DNA of 63,946 nucleotides, the filler included, from Octopus bimaculoides (Eukaryota), in NCBI RefSeq assembly GCF_001194135.2. It is 8 parts of 8 records of this genome, joined end to end, with 100 filler letters (N's around TTAATTAATTAA, not from the genome) between each part and the next. Parts side by side here need not be neighbours in the genome. Positions count along the whole stretch, not along the records: positions 5,557 to 15,240 come from NC_068981.1; positions 15,341 to 33,863 come from NC_068994.1; 6 more parts are not named here. The stretch is one strand, 5' to 3'. The notes below the pieces were generated by a model. That model did not search any database. It saw nothing but the letters and a program-made list of their open reading frames with translations, and was not told the origin of the DNA. Both the position numbers and the translations under genes were made by a program. Below, one piece after another: positions 13,242-26,193 of this stretch; within the stretch, counting starts at the first letter, position 1, and every line of letters begins with the position of its first letter.

Positions 13242-13265
13242 TTAGGGTTAGGGTTAGGGTTAGGG
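13242..13265 (+). repeat. Interstitial (TTAGGG)4
   Basis: ttagggttagggttagggttaggg. Confidence 0.8.
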
Positions 13266-13526
13266 TAAAAATACGAGTAAGACATTGTATCATCAGTAAG
13301 CAGACGCAAGACTGATGGGGTGCCAATTTCCAATGTAATTTTATGTAAACCTCTGCAGTCTTTAATAATTTCCACAGGCATGGCTGTGTGGGTAAGAAGC
13401 TGTTTTGCAACCATATGGCTTTGGGTTCAGTTACTACCACAGTACCTCGGACATGCATCATCTATTATAGCCCTGGGCCAAGCAATGCCCTGTAAGTGAA
13501 TTTGATAGATGGAATCTGTATGAGTG

Positions 13527-13567
<41 letters not shown>

Positions 13568-13940
13568 ATCCCCCACCATCACTTGTCAACCAGTGTTGGC
13601 TTGTTTATATCCCTATAACTTAATAGTTCAACAAAAGATTCTGATAAAAATAAGTACCAAACTTTAAAAATTAGTACTGGGGGTTTGATTAAACCCTTCA
13701 AATCAGTGCTCCAGCATGGCTGCAATCCAATGGCAGAAACAAGTAAAATTTCTGTTTGGGTTTTAACCAGAGTGCATTTTGCACCAAAACACTCATACGA
13801 GAGTTTGTCTCGTGGTAACTACTGCAGTAAAGTATGTTCTAATAGAATGTCCACATTTAAGTGGGGATAAATATTACGCCTAAGTAAAAGAAAAGATCAC
13901 ATAATTGATTAAAATTATGTGTCAATTTTTATCTGTTTAG

Positions 13941-14108
13941 TTTGTTGGAGGACGAGGACAAATACAGAAAGGAGGTCATACATTGAAATGACGGGAGGAG
14001 GTGTCAAGTCACAAAACACCGAGAACCACCAATCAAAAGTTATGCCTAATGTCTGTTGCTCTGTAAACTTGATACCTAATTGTCCTGTCACACCTTGCCA
14101 GCTCATAA
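13941..14108 (+). CDS. Candidate exon, product unknown
   Basis: Acceptor tttttatctgtttag| and donor AA|gtaaag; 168 nt, open in phase 1-1 (CWRTRTNTERRSYIEM...PCQLI). An alternative frame gives LLEDEDKYRKEVIH*. No recognisable homology. Confidence 0.25.
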
Positions 14109-14747
14109 GTAAAGAATTTTAATATATTAAAAAAAAAAAAAAAAGACGTGATATGAAAATGTTGTGGTTAAAAGCTAGCTTTGCAGTAACATAGATTCAG
14201 GTTCAGGTCCCACTGTATGGTACCTTCCACTACAGCCCCAGGCCAACTAATGTTTTGCAAGTGATCTGATAGATGGAAACTACATGGAATTCCTTTGACT
14301 TTTTCTATCCAAAGGGGTTTTCCAACTCGGTATTTACATATTTTTCCCCCTGAGTATCAAACACTTGCTTGTTGTTCATATGCCTGTCTTAGTCTTTTGT
14401 TTCACTATAAATTTCAACCAATATTTATATAGCTTTATGTGATGTGTCTCGGGAGCCAATATTCCAAAAAATAAAAAGGGACCATTTCATGTTCTCTCAA
14501 AAGCTTATAAATTCTTTTGTCATCAATGTACATGTATGTATATGTGAGTGTGTCTCTTGTTTTCCCCACTACCATCACCACCACCACATGACAACTGGAG
14601 CTAATTTGTTTACATCTCCTTACCCTAGTGGTTTGACAAAAGAGATTGATAAAATCTCAGAATAAAATATTAATACTGGGATTGATTTGTTTGACTAAAT
14701 CAGTGGTTCTCAACCATTTTTAATCTATGGACCCTTTGTTTCCTACT

Positions 14748-14977
14748 TTAACCCTTTTGATACCAACCTGCCTGAAACCACCTCTGGCTCTGTATTACAA
14801 ATGTCTTGTCTTCAAAAGTTCTGAATTTAAATCTTCCACCAAAACTTAGTCATAATTTATGTTCTTAACACTAGCTTAGTGATAACTAAGTTATTTTGCT
14901 AAATTCTCTGCTATATTTAAAATTAATTGAAAGAAACACACATCATCTCAACAGAAATATTGTAACAAAAGGGTTAA
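14748..14977. mobile_element. piggyBac-type MITE nested in a hAT MITE
   Basis: TTAA-CCCTTTTGATAC ... GTAACAAAAGGG-TTAA; it interrupts an element starting cagtggttctcaacc at 14701. Confidence 0.8.
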
Positions 14978-15409
14978 TCTACTGGACCTCTATGTTTGAT
15001 ATTTAAAAAATCTTATATTTTCTATAATACAATATTATTAGGAATTGTATTTTAAAAAATTGTTAAAATAGGCATAGGAGTGGCTGTGTGGTAAGTAGCT
15101 TGCTTACCAACCACATGGTTCTGGGTTCAGTCCCACTGCGTGGCACCTTGGGCAAGTGTCTTCTACTATAGCCTCTGGCTGACCAAAGCCTTGTGAGTGG
15201 ATTTGGTAGACGGAAACTGAAAAAAGCCCGTCGTATATATNNNNNNNNNNNNNNNNNNNNNNNNNNNNNNNNNNNNNNNNNNNNTTAATTAATTAANNNN
15301 NNNNNNNNNNNNNNNNNNNNNNNNNNNNNNNNNNNNNNNNTATATATATATATATATATATCTATATATCACTGACTGTATTGACCAGACTATCGGATAT
15401 TGTTACACA

Positions 15410-15540
15410 CTGGCATTAGGAAGGGCATTCAGCTGTAGAAACTCTGCCAGATCAGATTGGAGCCTGGTGCAGCCATCTGGCTCACCAGCCACTAGCCAAA
15501 CCGCCCAACCCATGCCAGTCATGAAAAGTGGATGTTAAAC

Positions 15541-15577
<37 letters not shown>
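15410..15577 (+). mobile_element. Repeat family C (SINE/LINE 3' end terminating in (GAT)n, RTE-like tail)
   Basis: ggcattaggaagggcatccagctgtagaaactctgcc...ccaacccatgccagcatggaaagtggacgttaaacgatgatgat. Copies at about 17870-18350 (-), 19530-19632, 21730-21840 (-), 22565-22892, 24785-25090 and 28480-28660. Confidence 0.85.
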
Positions 15578-15578
<1 letters not shown>

Positions 15579-17203
15579 CTGCTTTTCACCATGTGCTTTC
15601 TTGAAGTGTTTTTCAGCTTTTGAAGAATGCCACCTCATCAGCTAGGCGGGCAGGCCAATGTACCCCACTGAACAGAACACCTAACACCAGTCCATCATAG
15701 GGTCACCCATTTACAGGTGAGTGGACAGAAGCAAAATTAAATAGAATTTTTTTTTACCCAAGAACACAACTCACCACCAACCTGAGAATTGGAACCGTGA
15801 TCTAGAAATTACAAGTGTGATCGACCACAGACCATCACTAGTTTAGTTTCCTTAAATCCTGCTATTTACTACAAAAAGTAACCTACTACTGTTGTGTAAA
15901 AATGGTGCATCAGAAGAGGTAGTTCGGTGCACTGCAGATATTTACAAATATAATTATATAATTTAAGGTTTAAGAAAATCCATATTAATGGAGAGGCATC
16001 TTGAAAACTGTGTTATTCATAATTTTGCTGTACAGAAGTATTGATTAATCTAATAAAGGTATGTAATAGTTTTATGTATCTTCTATCTTTCATCTGTTGC
16101 TTGTTTCACTTATTAAACTGTGGCCATGCTGGGGCACTGCCTTAGAGGAGTTTTAGGTGAATTAATCGGCCCCGTTTTTTATTTTTTAAAACTGGTACTT
16201 ATTCTATCAGTCTCTTTTGCACTCTTTTGCTGAACTGCAAACCTACAGGGATGGAAACAAACTATCACCTGTTGCCAAGCAATGGCATGAAGACAAACAG
16301 AGATACACACATATGCGCATACATACACACATGCACATTTGTATATATGCACCTTGGCTGGTACCTGTTTCATCCTTGATGCCTGTCCCCAGAAGAATAA
16401 AATCAAAAGTTAAATTAGTTGTGATTTGAACAGACTGCGGCCATGCTGGAACACCGCCTTTAGTCAAGCAAATCGACCCCAGGACTTATTCTTTGTAAAC
16501 CTAGTATTTATTCTATCAGTCTCTTTTGCTGAATCACTAAGTTACGGGGAAATAAACACACCAGCATCAGTTGTCAAGCGATGTTGGGGGACAAATGCAG
16601 ACACACAAGCACTCACGCACACACGCGTGCACATATGATGAGCTTCTTTCAGTTTCCATCTACCAAATCCACTCACAAGGCTTTAGTCACCATGAAGCTA
16701 TAGGAGAAGACACTTGCCCAGGGTACCATGCAGTAGGACTGGACCCGGAACCATGTGGCTGGTAAGCAAGCTACTTACCACACAGCCACTCCCACGCCTA
16801 TATATATCGTGTGTGAACTGTAAGGCCTTATTCTGTTTATTTATTTAATTTTCTTTATATGTCCCTATTCCATTGTGTTTGCTTTCATCTTCGTCCCTTG
16901 TCCGTTTGCTATTTGTCTCATCTCAAAAATTATTTTATTTCTTAATGTATATTTATTTCGTTATTGTTTGTATATTCCCTTTCTGTCATGTTTGATCCCT
17001 TGTTTCTTTGCTTGCTATTTCTCAGCAGCTGCTCGTCACTGACTCCACTAGAGGGGAGTAATATTATCGTTAAAGGAGTGAAATTGCTACAATCCTTTGG
17101 ATGATATCAGAAAAGGATTTAGCAACATCCTTGTGTGTGTTTCCCATTTGTTTGTATTTTTATTTATAATTTTTTGAATACATACATACATACATACATA
17201 CAT

Positions 17204-17242
<39 letters not shown>

Positions 17243-18395
17243 CATGTGTGTGTGCACCTGTGTGTATGCATGTGTGTATGTGTGTCTTTATGTATGTATG
17301 TGTGTATGTGTGTCTTTATGCTCCCGTTCCTTAGCAGTCATATACACATGACGCACACACATGCACACACACACACCAATCTATCATATATACACATATG
17401 TCATACACACATGAAGCAAGCATATACATTCATATGCTAAACAGTTATCCAATACAAACACAAATACCTCCACACACGCGCACACACAAACACACATACA
17501 TATATGCAAATATATACCTATACATATTCATACATCAACTCACTCACACACAAACACACACAGATACACACACACCCATACACGTGTGCAAATCTCTGCA
17601 ATTATTTTGATTCAAATAAAGAAGCCATGTTGCTTTGTTTGCAACTGGCTTGAATTCAGTGAAAAAAGGATTTATGTAAATCTTCAAGAAAACATACATA
17701 TATATTCTCTTTGGATCAAAATACAGTTTGGTAAAACTCTAAACAAGATCAGTATAGTGAAGTAGCTTTAAATGTTTAAAATCTCCCTAATATTTATTCT
17801 GGTGCTATGCAGCAGAGAATGTGTGATGTATTCTACAACATTCATTCTGCAGCAAGACTATACATATCATCATCATCATCATCATCATTTAACGTCTGCT
17901 TTCCATGCTAGCATGGGTTGGATGATTTGACTGGGGACTGGCAAAGTGGATGGCTACACCAGACTCCAATCTGATCTGGCAGACTTTCTACAGCTGGATG
18001 CCCTTCCTAACGCCAACCACTCCAAGAATGTAGTGGGTGCTTTTTACGTGCCACCAGCACGAGGGCCAGTCTGGTGGTACTGGCAACAGCCACACTCAAA
18101 TGGTGTTTTTTTATGTGCCACCTGCACAGGAGTCAGTCCAATGTTTTGTTCACATGCTACCGGTACAAGTGACAGTAAGGTGAAGCTGGAAACAATCACT
18201 CAAATGGTGCTTTTTACATGCCACCGGCACAGGAGCGAGACTGCTGCTCTGTCAGTGATCCCGCTTGGATGGTGCAGTTAGCGCTCCACTGGCACGGGTG
18301 CCAGTCATCAAATTTGGTTCAGTTTCGATCTCACTTGCCCCAACAGGTCTTCGCAAGCTGAGTTTAGTGTCCAGTGAGGGAAGATTATACATATA

Positions 18396-18428
<33 letters not shown>

Positions 18429-19670
18429 NNNNNNNNNNNNNNNNNNNNNNNNNNNNNNNNNNNNNNNNNNNNNNNNNNNNNNNNNNNNNNNNNNNNNNNN
18501 NNNNNNNNNNNNNNNNNNNNNNNNNNNNNNNNNNNNNNNNNNNNNNNNNNNNNNNNNNNNNNNNNNNNNNNNNNNNNNNNNNNNNNNNNNNNNNNNNNNN
18601 NNNNNNNNNNNNNNNNNNNNNNNNNNNNNNNNNNNNNNNNNNNNNNNNNNNNNNNNNNNNNNNNNNNNNNNNNNNNNNNNNNNNNNNNNNNNNNNNNNNN
18701 NNNNNNNNNNNNNNNNNNNNNNNNNNNNNNNNNNNNNNNNNNNNNNNNNNNNNNNNNNNNNNNNNNNNNNNNNNNNNNNNNNNNNNNNNNNNNNNNNNNN
18801 NNNNNNNNNNNNNNNNNNNNNNNNNNNNNNNNNNNNNNNNNNNNNNNNNNNNNNNNNNNNNNNNNNNNNNNNNNNNNNNNNNNNNNNNNNNNNNNNNNNN
18901 NNNNNNNNNNNNNNNNNNNNNNNNNNNNNNNNNNNNNNNNNNNNNNNNNNNNNNNNNNNNNNNNNNNNNNNNNNNNNNNNNNNNNNNNNNNNNNNNNNNN
19001 NNNNNNNNNNNNNNNNNNNNNNNNNNNNNNNNNNNNNNNNNNNNNNNNNNNNNNNNNNNNNNNNNNNNNNNNNNNNNNNNNNNNNNNNNNNNNNNNNNNN
19101 NNNNNNNNNNNNNNNNNNNNNNNNNNNNNNNNNNNNNNNNNNNNNNNNNNNNNNNNNNNNNNNNNNNNNNNNNNNNNNNNNNNNNNNNNNNNNNNNNNNN
19201 NNNNNNNNNNNNNNNNNNNNNNNNNNNNNNNNNNNNNNNNNNNNNNNNNNNNNNNNAATATCCATAATATGAAATAAGAACAAGAAATATATATTCAAAA
19301 TAAGACATCGTTAAAATTGTTTAAAATACACAAACACACACTCACACATATACACACATGAAACACATGATCATTGACCAACCAGACTATCAGTTGTTAC
19401 ACACCGCTGGTTACAATGCATGTTGCATCCTATTAGCCTTCAAATGACGCCACCATGCTGGCTAGGCAAGTAGGTCATCCAACCACCATCTATCCATCCA
19501 TACATATTATACACGTGTAACTTGAGAGATGAGATCAGATTGAGCCTGGTGCAGCCCTCTGGCTCACCAGTCCTCAGTCAAACTGTCCAACCCATGCCAG
19601 CATGGAAAGTGGACGTTAAACAATGATGATGATATCTACACATACACATGCACATATAAATATAAATAAA

Positions 19671-20080
19671 CACAGGTCATCGTTGAGTTATGACCACAGT
19701 TGGTTCCCACCGACTGATCATAAGTTGATTTGGTCATAAGTCAGCCTATAGGTCTACATAGCTTTGTTTTATATTTTTACATTCTTAAGTTACATTCTCA
19801 GGTAAAAATCACACACAGAATTCTGATATGAGGTTGCCTCAATGTTTCTGCGAGAGGATATTCGTCCAACTCTTGGGATAACCACAGTGGTGATCAATAA
19901 CCAAACCTAGGGCAAGCGTTTGTTAGCTGATGTCATCTGTAGACGGGTTAATTTCTAAGAAATTAAACCCATACGATTTCAACTGGGTTACTTATAATTG
20001 CTGCCAGAAGCTAGCATGCCAATTATCGTAAACCCGATTGGTCCTAAGTTCGATAGGCCATAAGTTGACGATGACCTGTG
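19671..20080. mobile_element. Non-autonomous Tigger/pogo-like element
   Basis: TIRs cacaggtcatcgttgagttat / ataagttgacgatgacctgtg. Confidence 0.75.
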
Positions 20081-21205
20081 TATAGACATATACTTACATA
20101 TGTATATGCATGCATCCACACATATATTGAGAAAGAGAGAGACAGAGAGATAGTGGAAAAGAGTAAAATTCTGGCACTGGCTTGTAAATGTGATATTCAT
20201 AACCCCCTCTACCACCACCACCAGCACGACCACCAGCACCAGCACCACCACTGCCACCAGCACCACCACCACCACCACCACAAGCACNNNNNNNNNNNNN
20301 NNNNNNNNNNNNNNNNNNNNNNNNNNNNNNNNNNNNNNNNNNNNNNNNNNNNNNNNNNNNNNNNNNNNNNNNNNNNNNNNNNNNNNNNNNNNNNNNNNNN
20401 NNNNNNNNNNNNNNNNNNNNNNNNNNNNNNNNNNNNNNNNNNNNNNNNNNNNNNNNNNNNNNNNNNNNNNNNNNNNNNNNNNNNNNNNNNNNNNNNNNNN
20501 NNNNNNNNNNNNNNNNNNNNNNNNNNNNNNNNNNNNNNNNNNNNNNNNNNNNNNNNNNNNNNNNNNNNNNNNNNNNNNNNNNNNNNNNNNNNNNNNNNNN
20601 NNNNNNNNNNNNNNNNNNNNNNNNNNNNNNNNNNNNNNNNNNNNNNNNNNNNNNNNNNNNNNNNNNNNNNNNNNNNNNNNNNNNNNNNNNNNNNNNNNNN
20701 NNNNNNNNNNNNNNNNNNNNNNNNNNNNNNNNNNNNNNNNNNNCACCACCACCCTCCCCACCTCTTGCTGCTTTTATTATATATATATATGTTGTGTTTA
20801 TAAACAAAATACTTGAAACTTTCTCGGTGGAGTAAGTAAGTAACAGCAGAAACTCACAGTCATGGTTCCTTCCTCTCCGTGGGAGTGAGATTTGTTAACA
20901 AAATAGCCGACCATGTGGTAGAAGCATGAAATTACTTCAGTTCAGCAGAAGCTGTGCCAGATGTGAATGTTAGAGACATCAGTTCTTGTGCCAGGTGTAA
21001 CCCCTAGTCCATAAATAATATTAATTAGTAAATTAATTTGTTGCACACTCTCTGATTAATTCATGCGGAGAAAATCAATATCAACATTAATTAGTCATTG
21101 TTTTAACCCCAGGTCTATCCTGATCGAGTAGGCCTATTGATCAAAGGCATTCCAGCAAACAAACACATCTTCATCTTTTCCAGGTAACTCAGAAATACAT
21201 TCTAC

Positions 21206-21245
<40 letters not shown>

Positions 21246-21661
21246 CATGTATGCTTTTCTAAGATGATATATGTGTAACTTGAGAGATGAGATTTGGTTT
21301 CTATTTCTAGCAAGTGAAACAACCACGTAAAGGCCACCTCACTGACCTCATTAATTAATTAATGTACCAGGGGAGAAATGGGAGGGTAGTACTGAAAATG
21401 CCATTCAGCATTTACCTTACAACTAACTAACACAGGTGCAAGTACGGATGTATGGTTAAGAAGTTCACTTCCTAACCATGTGGTTCTGGGTTCAGTCTCA
21501 ATGTGTGGTACCCGGATCATGTGTCTTCTACTATAGCTCAGTTCAAACCAAAGCTTTGTGTGTGGATTTGGTAACTGGAAACTGACATAAACAGATTGTT
21601 TATAAAGCTTGAAACATGTGTACCACGATATCCTTTGTGTTCTGTTTTTAATTTATGTTTG

Positions 21662-21695
<34 letters not shown>

Positions 21696-22459
21696 TCACA
21701 TATATATGTATATAAGGTGCATATGTCATCATCATCATCATTTAGTGTCTGTTTAACATGCTAGCATGGATCAAAAGGAATTCACTGAGGTACACTCCAT
21801 TTTTGTGGCTGGATGCTCTACCTGTCACCAACCCTCAGCAGTTTTCAAAGTAATGTCTCCCCTTAGCAGGACATTTTATTTTTTTTTAAGGACAACTACC
21901 AATGAGGTACATTATTTGTATAACAGTGACATCCATTTCATTAGTATCACAGAATATCAAGACAAGCAGATGCAAATAATCATACACGCACACACACACA
22001 CACAAACGAGTGAACTAGAGAAACATGAAATAAAGTGTCTTGCTCAAGGACACAACACACAGCCCAACCTGAGAATTGAACTCACTACCTCATGGTTACA
22101 AATCTGACACTCTAACCACTGAGCCATGAACCATAGTATACACCACTCATTTAAGAAGATCCTGTCCTGTTCGTACTGGTGCCTCGAAAAAAATGTACTC
22201 AATACACTCTGTAAAGAGGCTGGCTTTAGGATGAGCATCCACCTGTTGAACCCATGCCAAAACACATATAGGAGCTTGGAACAGCACTCTGGCTTCTGGT
22301 TGAACCGTCTGACCTGTGCCAGTATGGAAGAATGGAGAATGATTATGACAATGATGGTATGGAATAGGAATTTCTAAGTTTCCATGCTATTCCTAGACAA
22401 CGATCATTTCTACATTGGTTAAATTTGTTCATTTGACACTTATTGCTTTTGTCCTGCAG

Positions 22460-22484
22460 GGTTTTCAGCAACACTCCTCACCAG
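22460..22484 (+). CDS. Candidate 25-nt microexon
   Basis: ttattgcttttgtcctgcag|GGTTTTCAGCAACACTCCTCACCAG|gtgagc has near-consensus splice sites. If joined to the 11318 exon it reads W-VFSNTPHQ. Confidence 0.3.
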
Positions 22485-22907
22485 GTGAGCCTAGCGGAGC
22501 AGGGAAGATAGTTTAATCAACAATGACTGGACCAAGCATGACCTATGAAGATAAAAATAATAATGTGCCACCTGTACAGGAGCCAGTCCAGCAGCACTGG
22601 CCAGTCTGAGATTGTTGCCAGTGCCGCTGGACTGGCTCCTGTGCAGGTGGCACGTAAAATACACCATTTCGACCGTGGCCGTTGCCAGTACCGCCTGACT
22701 GGCCTTCGTGCCGGTGGCACGTAAAAGCACCCACTACACTCTCAGAGTGGTTGGCATTAGGAAGGGCATCCAGCTGTAGAAACTCTGCCAAATCAGATTG
22801 GAGCCGGGTGTAGCCATCTGGTTTCACCAGTCCTCCGTCAAATTGTCCAACCCATGCTAGCATGGAAAGCGGACATTAAGCGATGATGATGAATAAACAT
22901 CCACTCT

Positions 22908-23995
22908 TTCTCTATCTGGCTGTAATTTTTTTCTACCGATAACAATGTACGTGATGCTTGTGCGATCGGTTTTACGTCACCATTTTCCAACTTATGTAAG
23001 ATTACTGCTCCGAACCCAGACTCACTAACATCTGATGCTACAATTATTTTTAGTTTCGGATCAATATGTGTTAGAGATAACTCTGACGTTAACATCTTTT
23101 TAATCTCTTTGAATCCTTTTTGGCATTCGTCAGTCCAACACCATTTCACATCTTTTTCCAGCAGTTTGTTTAAAGGTACTCTTAGCTCATGCATTCTTAG
23201 AATATACATTTGATAATAATTTACAAGACCTAGAAAAGCTTGTAAGGTTGTTATATTAGTCAGAGGAGGCATATCTTTAACTGCATCTGCCCTCGACGGA
23301 TCTAGTTGTCGTCCTTTCTTGTTGATAATTTGTCCTAAATACTTAATTCCAGGTAAGAAAAATTCACATTTTTCTTCACTCAGTGTGAAACCATAATCTC
23401 TTATTTTTTCAAAAACACATTTTATGTGCTCGACATACTCGTCATGAGATTCACTTTTAATTAATATATCATTCAGGTATGGAATTGCGAATTCACAGTC
23501 TGCCAACATTGTATCCAAAACCTGTTGAAAAATATTGCAGGTGTGACTTTTATTCCGAAAGGAAGTCAGTTAAACTTGTATAACCCTTTGTGCATGTTTA
23601 TCATTAACAGCTTGGAACATTCTTCTTCTACCTGCAGCTGTAAATAAGGTTCTGATAAATCCAATTTAGAAAAGAGTTTGCCTCCATTAAGCTTGGCTAA
23701 AATCTCCTCTGGACTTGGTAACAAATAGTTATAAATTTTCAGACATTCATTAAATCCTGTTGAAAAATCAACACAGATCTTATTTTGTTATTTTTCTTTT
23801 TTATGTACACAGTTATTGCTGCCCATTTCGAATAGTCTAATTTTTGGATAGCATTAATATTCTCAAGTCTTTTCAATTCTTATAATTGGATATAATCACT
23901 AATTTTCCAGAGGGATTTATGTTGGTCTGAGTCAGTATAATAACATCCAGAAAAATGGGGTCAGTCTAGTCAGTTTATGCTCTGAAAGGAGGCCA
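22908..23995 (-). pseudogene. Ty3/Gypsy pol fragment (RT plus start of RNase H)
   Basis: LPSPEEILAKLNGGKLFSKLDLS..YKFN*LPFGIK; catalytic YxDD degraded to YLND; IKYLGQII; LQAFLGLVNYY; IIVASDVS..GFGAVILH..KPIAQASRTL..EKNYSQIEKE. Stops and frameshifts present; no LTRs seen. Confidence 0.92.
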
Positions 23996-24339
23996 TAATT
24001 AACCCTTTTGGTACCATATTTCCACTGGCATTTGTTTCAATTTATTTTGAAAAAACAAAGAATTTAGTATCTTCATTTTTTTTTTACTTGCTTTAGTTAT
24101 TGGATTATGGCCATGCTGGGACTCCACCTTGAAGAACTTTTTTAGTTGAATATATTTGATCTCAGTATTTATCTCTTTTTTTTTGTTTTTTTTGTTTTTT
24201 TCAAACCTGGTATTTACTACATTGCTCCTTTGTGCCAAACCATTAAGTTACGAGAACTTAAACAGACCAGCACCAGTACTCAAGCAGTGTGGGGAGACAA
24301 ACACAGACATAAAATCACATACACACACACACACACAAA

Positions 24340-24510
24340 AGACGAAGACTGGTGTGTAAACAACAAACAGATGTATTAGTTTAACGCTCAGGAAGTGAGA
24401 AAGTCTTTTACGCTTCGAGCCTACACTCCTCGACAGAAAGGAACACAGAAATAAAAAGGGAGAGAAAATAAAAAAGGTTTAGTGACTAGCGATCTATCAT
24501 AGCAATCTAC
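24340..24510 (-). mobile_element. Dispersed repeat, possibly a Penelope pseudo-LTR, carrying a hammerhead-like motif
   Basis: About 130 bp matches 28335-28470 in reverse complement; contains CTTT-CTGTCGA..GCTC-GAAR-CG-TA-AAAG. Confidence 0.55.
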
Positions 24511-25100
24511 ATATATATATAGACATCCAATCAAATGTATGTACTTAAGCATTGATTTATTCTTCTTGTACAAAGCCATTCACACACCATCACATATATA
24601 CACCATATATATATNNNNNNNNNNNNNNNNNNNNNNNNNNNNNNNNNNNNNNNNNNNNNNNNNNNNNNNNNNNNNNNNNNNNNNNNNNNNNNNNNNNNNN
24701 NNNNNNNNNNNNNNNNNNNNNNNNNNNNNNNNNNNNNNNNNNNNNNNNNNNNNNNNNNNNNNTATATATATATATATATATATCGCTAAGACCAGTGGAG
24801 TGCTAAGAGCACCGTCCAAGCGTGATCGTTGCCAGAGCAGCTGTCTGGCTTCCGTGCTAGTGGCACATAAATAGCACCATTTGAACGTGATTGTTACCAG
24901 CGTCGCCTTACTGGCACTTAAAAGTACCCACTACACTCTTGGAGTGGTTGGCATTAGGAAGGGCATCCAGCAGTAGAAACTCTGCTAAATCAGATTGGAG
25001 CCTGGTGTAGCCATCTGGTTTGCTAGTCCTCAGTCAAATCGTCCAACCCATGCTAGCATGGAAGGTGGACGTTAAACAACGATGACGATAATCATGATAG

Positions 25101-25306
25101 AACATGTAGAAGAATGAAGAAAATCACATCTTTGATGATTACATCATACACTACTGACAGTCATTTCCATTGTGCCAGCATATGTAGATACCAAATACCA
25201 ATCAAACTGGTATATCTGTAAATCTATGTCAATGCAATGTTATTCTCGGTAATGTGTGGTGTAATCATCAGTTAAAAATGTGATTTTCTCCATTCTTCTT
25301 CATGTT
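25101..25306. repeat. Degenerate palindrome (foldback/MITE relic)
   Basis: Arms of about 95 bp (aacatgtagaagaatgaagaaaatcacat... / ...atgtgattttctccattcttcttcatgtt) separated by a loop of about 14 nt. Confidence 0.75.
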
Positions 25307-25719
25307 ATATACTCCGGATTTCTGAAAATTCTTCTGAGTGATATTTGGATTTACTTATCATACAAGAGGAATTACCTTGGATGTTAATTCTATTTGAATT
25401 CATTCGTATCTGATTGTTTGATGTAGATAACCAAGTTCGCTTAATACCTGAATGCCTTTGAGATATCTGCCTGAATTATTAATCCCTTTCACCTCTTCTT
25501 TTATACATGCATACAAACAAACATACATACATACATACATATACACTTATAACAAAACAAGGAATTGGAGATTTCTTGCTAAGATTTATTCACCATTACA
25601 CATGTTTCATTTCCTAATAGGAATTACAAAGTTTTACATGTTAGATAGACATATAAGGAATTTCCAATTAGAAATTCTTCAGACAGAGAAATTAAAAAAA
25701 TACACTAACTACCTACATA

Positions 25720-25769
<50 letters not shown>

Positions 25770-25779
25770 NNNNNNNNNN

Positions 25780-25812
<33 letters not shown>

Positions 25813-26047
25813 CACATATATAAATATATATATATATATTACAAATAAACAATCATGATTACCTTATATTTGTAAGAATAAACATTATATAAATATAATA
25901 TATATGCTGTACATACATATACACCGTTGACCACTGTATGTATGTATGTATGTATGTATGTATTTATGTATGTATGTGTATATGTATGTGTCCATATATG
26001 TACTATGCATGTATATATATGTAAGCATGTATGTATATATTACACCC

Positions 26048-26096
<49 letters not shown>

Positions 26097-26115
26097 NNNN
26101 NNNNNNNNNNNNNNN

Positions 26116-26157
<42 letters not shown>

Positions 26158-26158
26158 A

Positions 26159-26193
<35 letters not shown>

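Noticed and set aside
13941-14052. Possible selenocysteine read-through (..KEVIH-TGA-NDGRRCQVTKH..)
   Set aside because: No similarity to any selenoprotein family I know and no SECIS recognised.
17045-17058. CTCF-like motif CCACTAGAGGGGAG
   Set aside because: A single imperfect short match with no supporting context.
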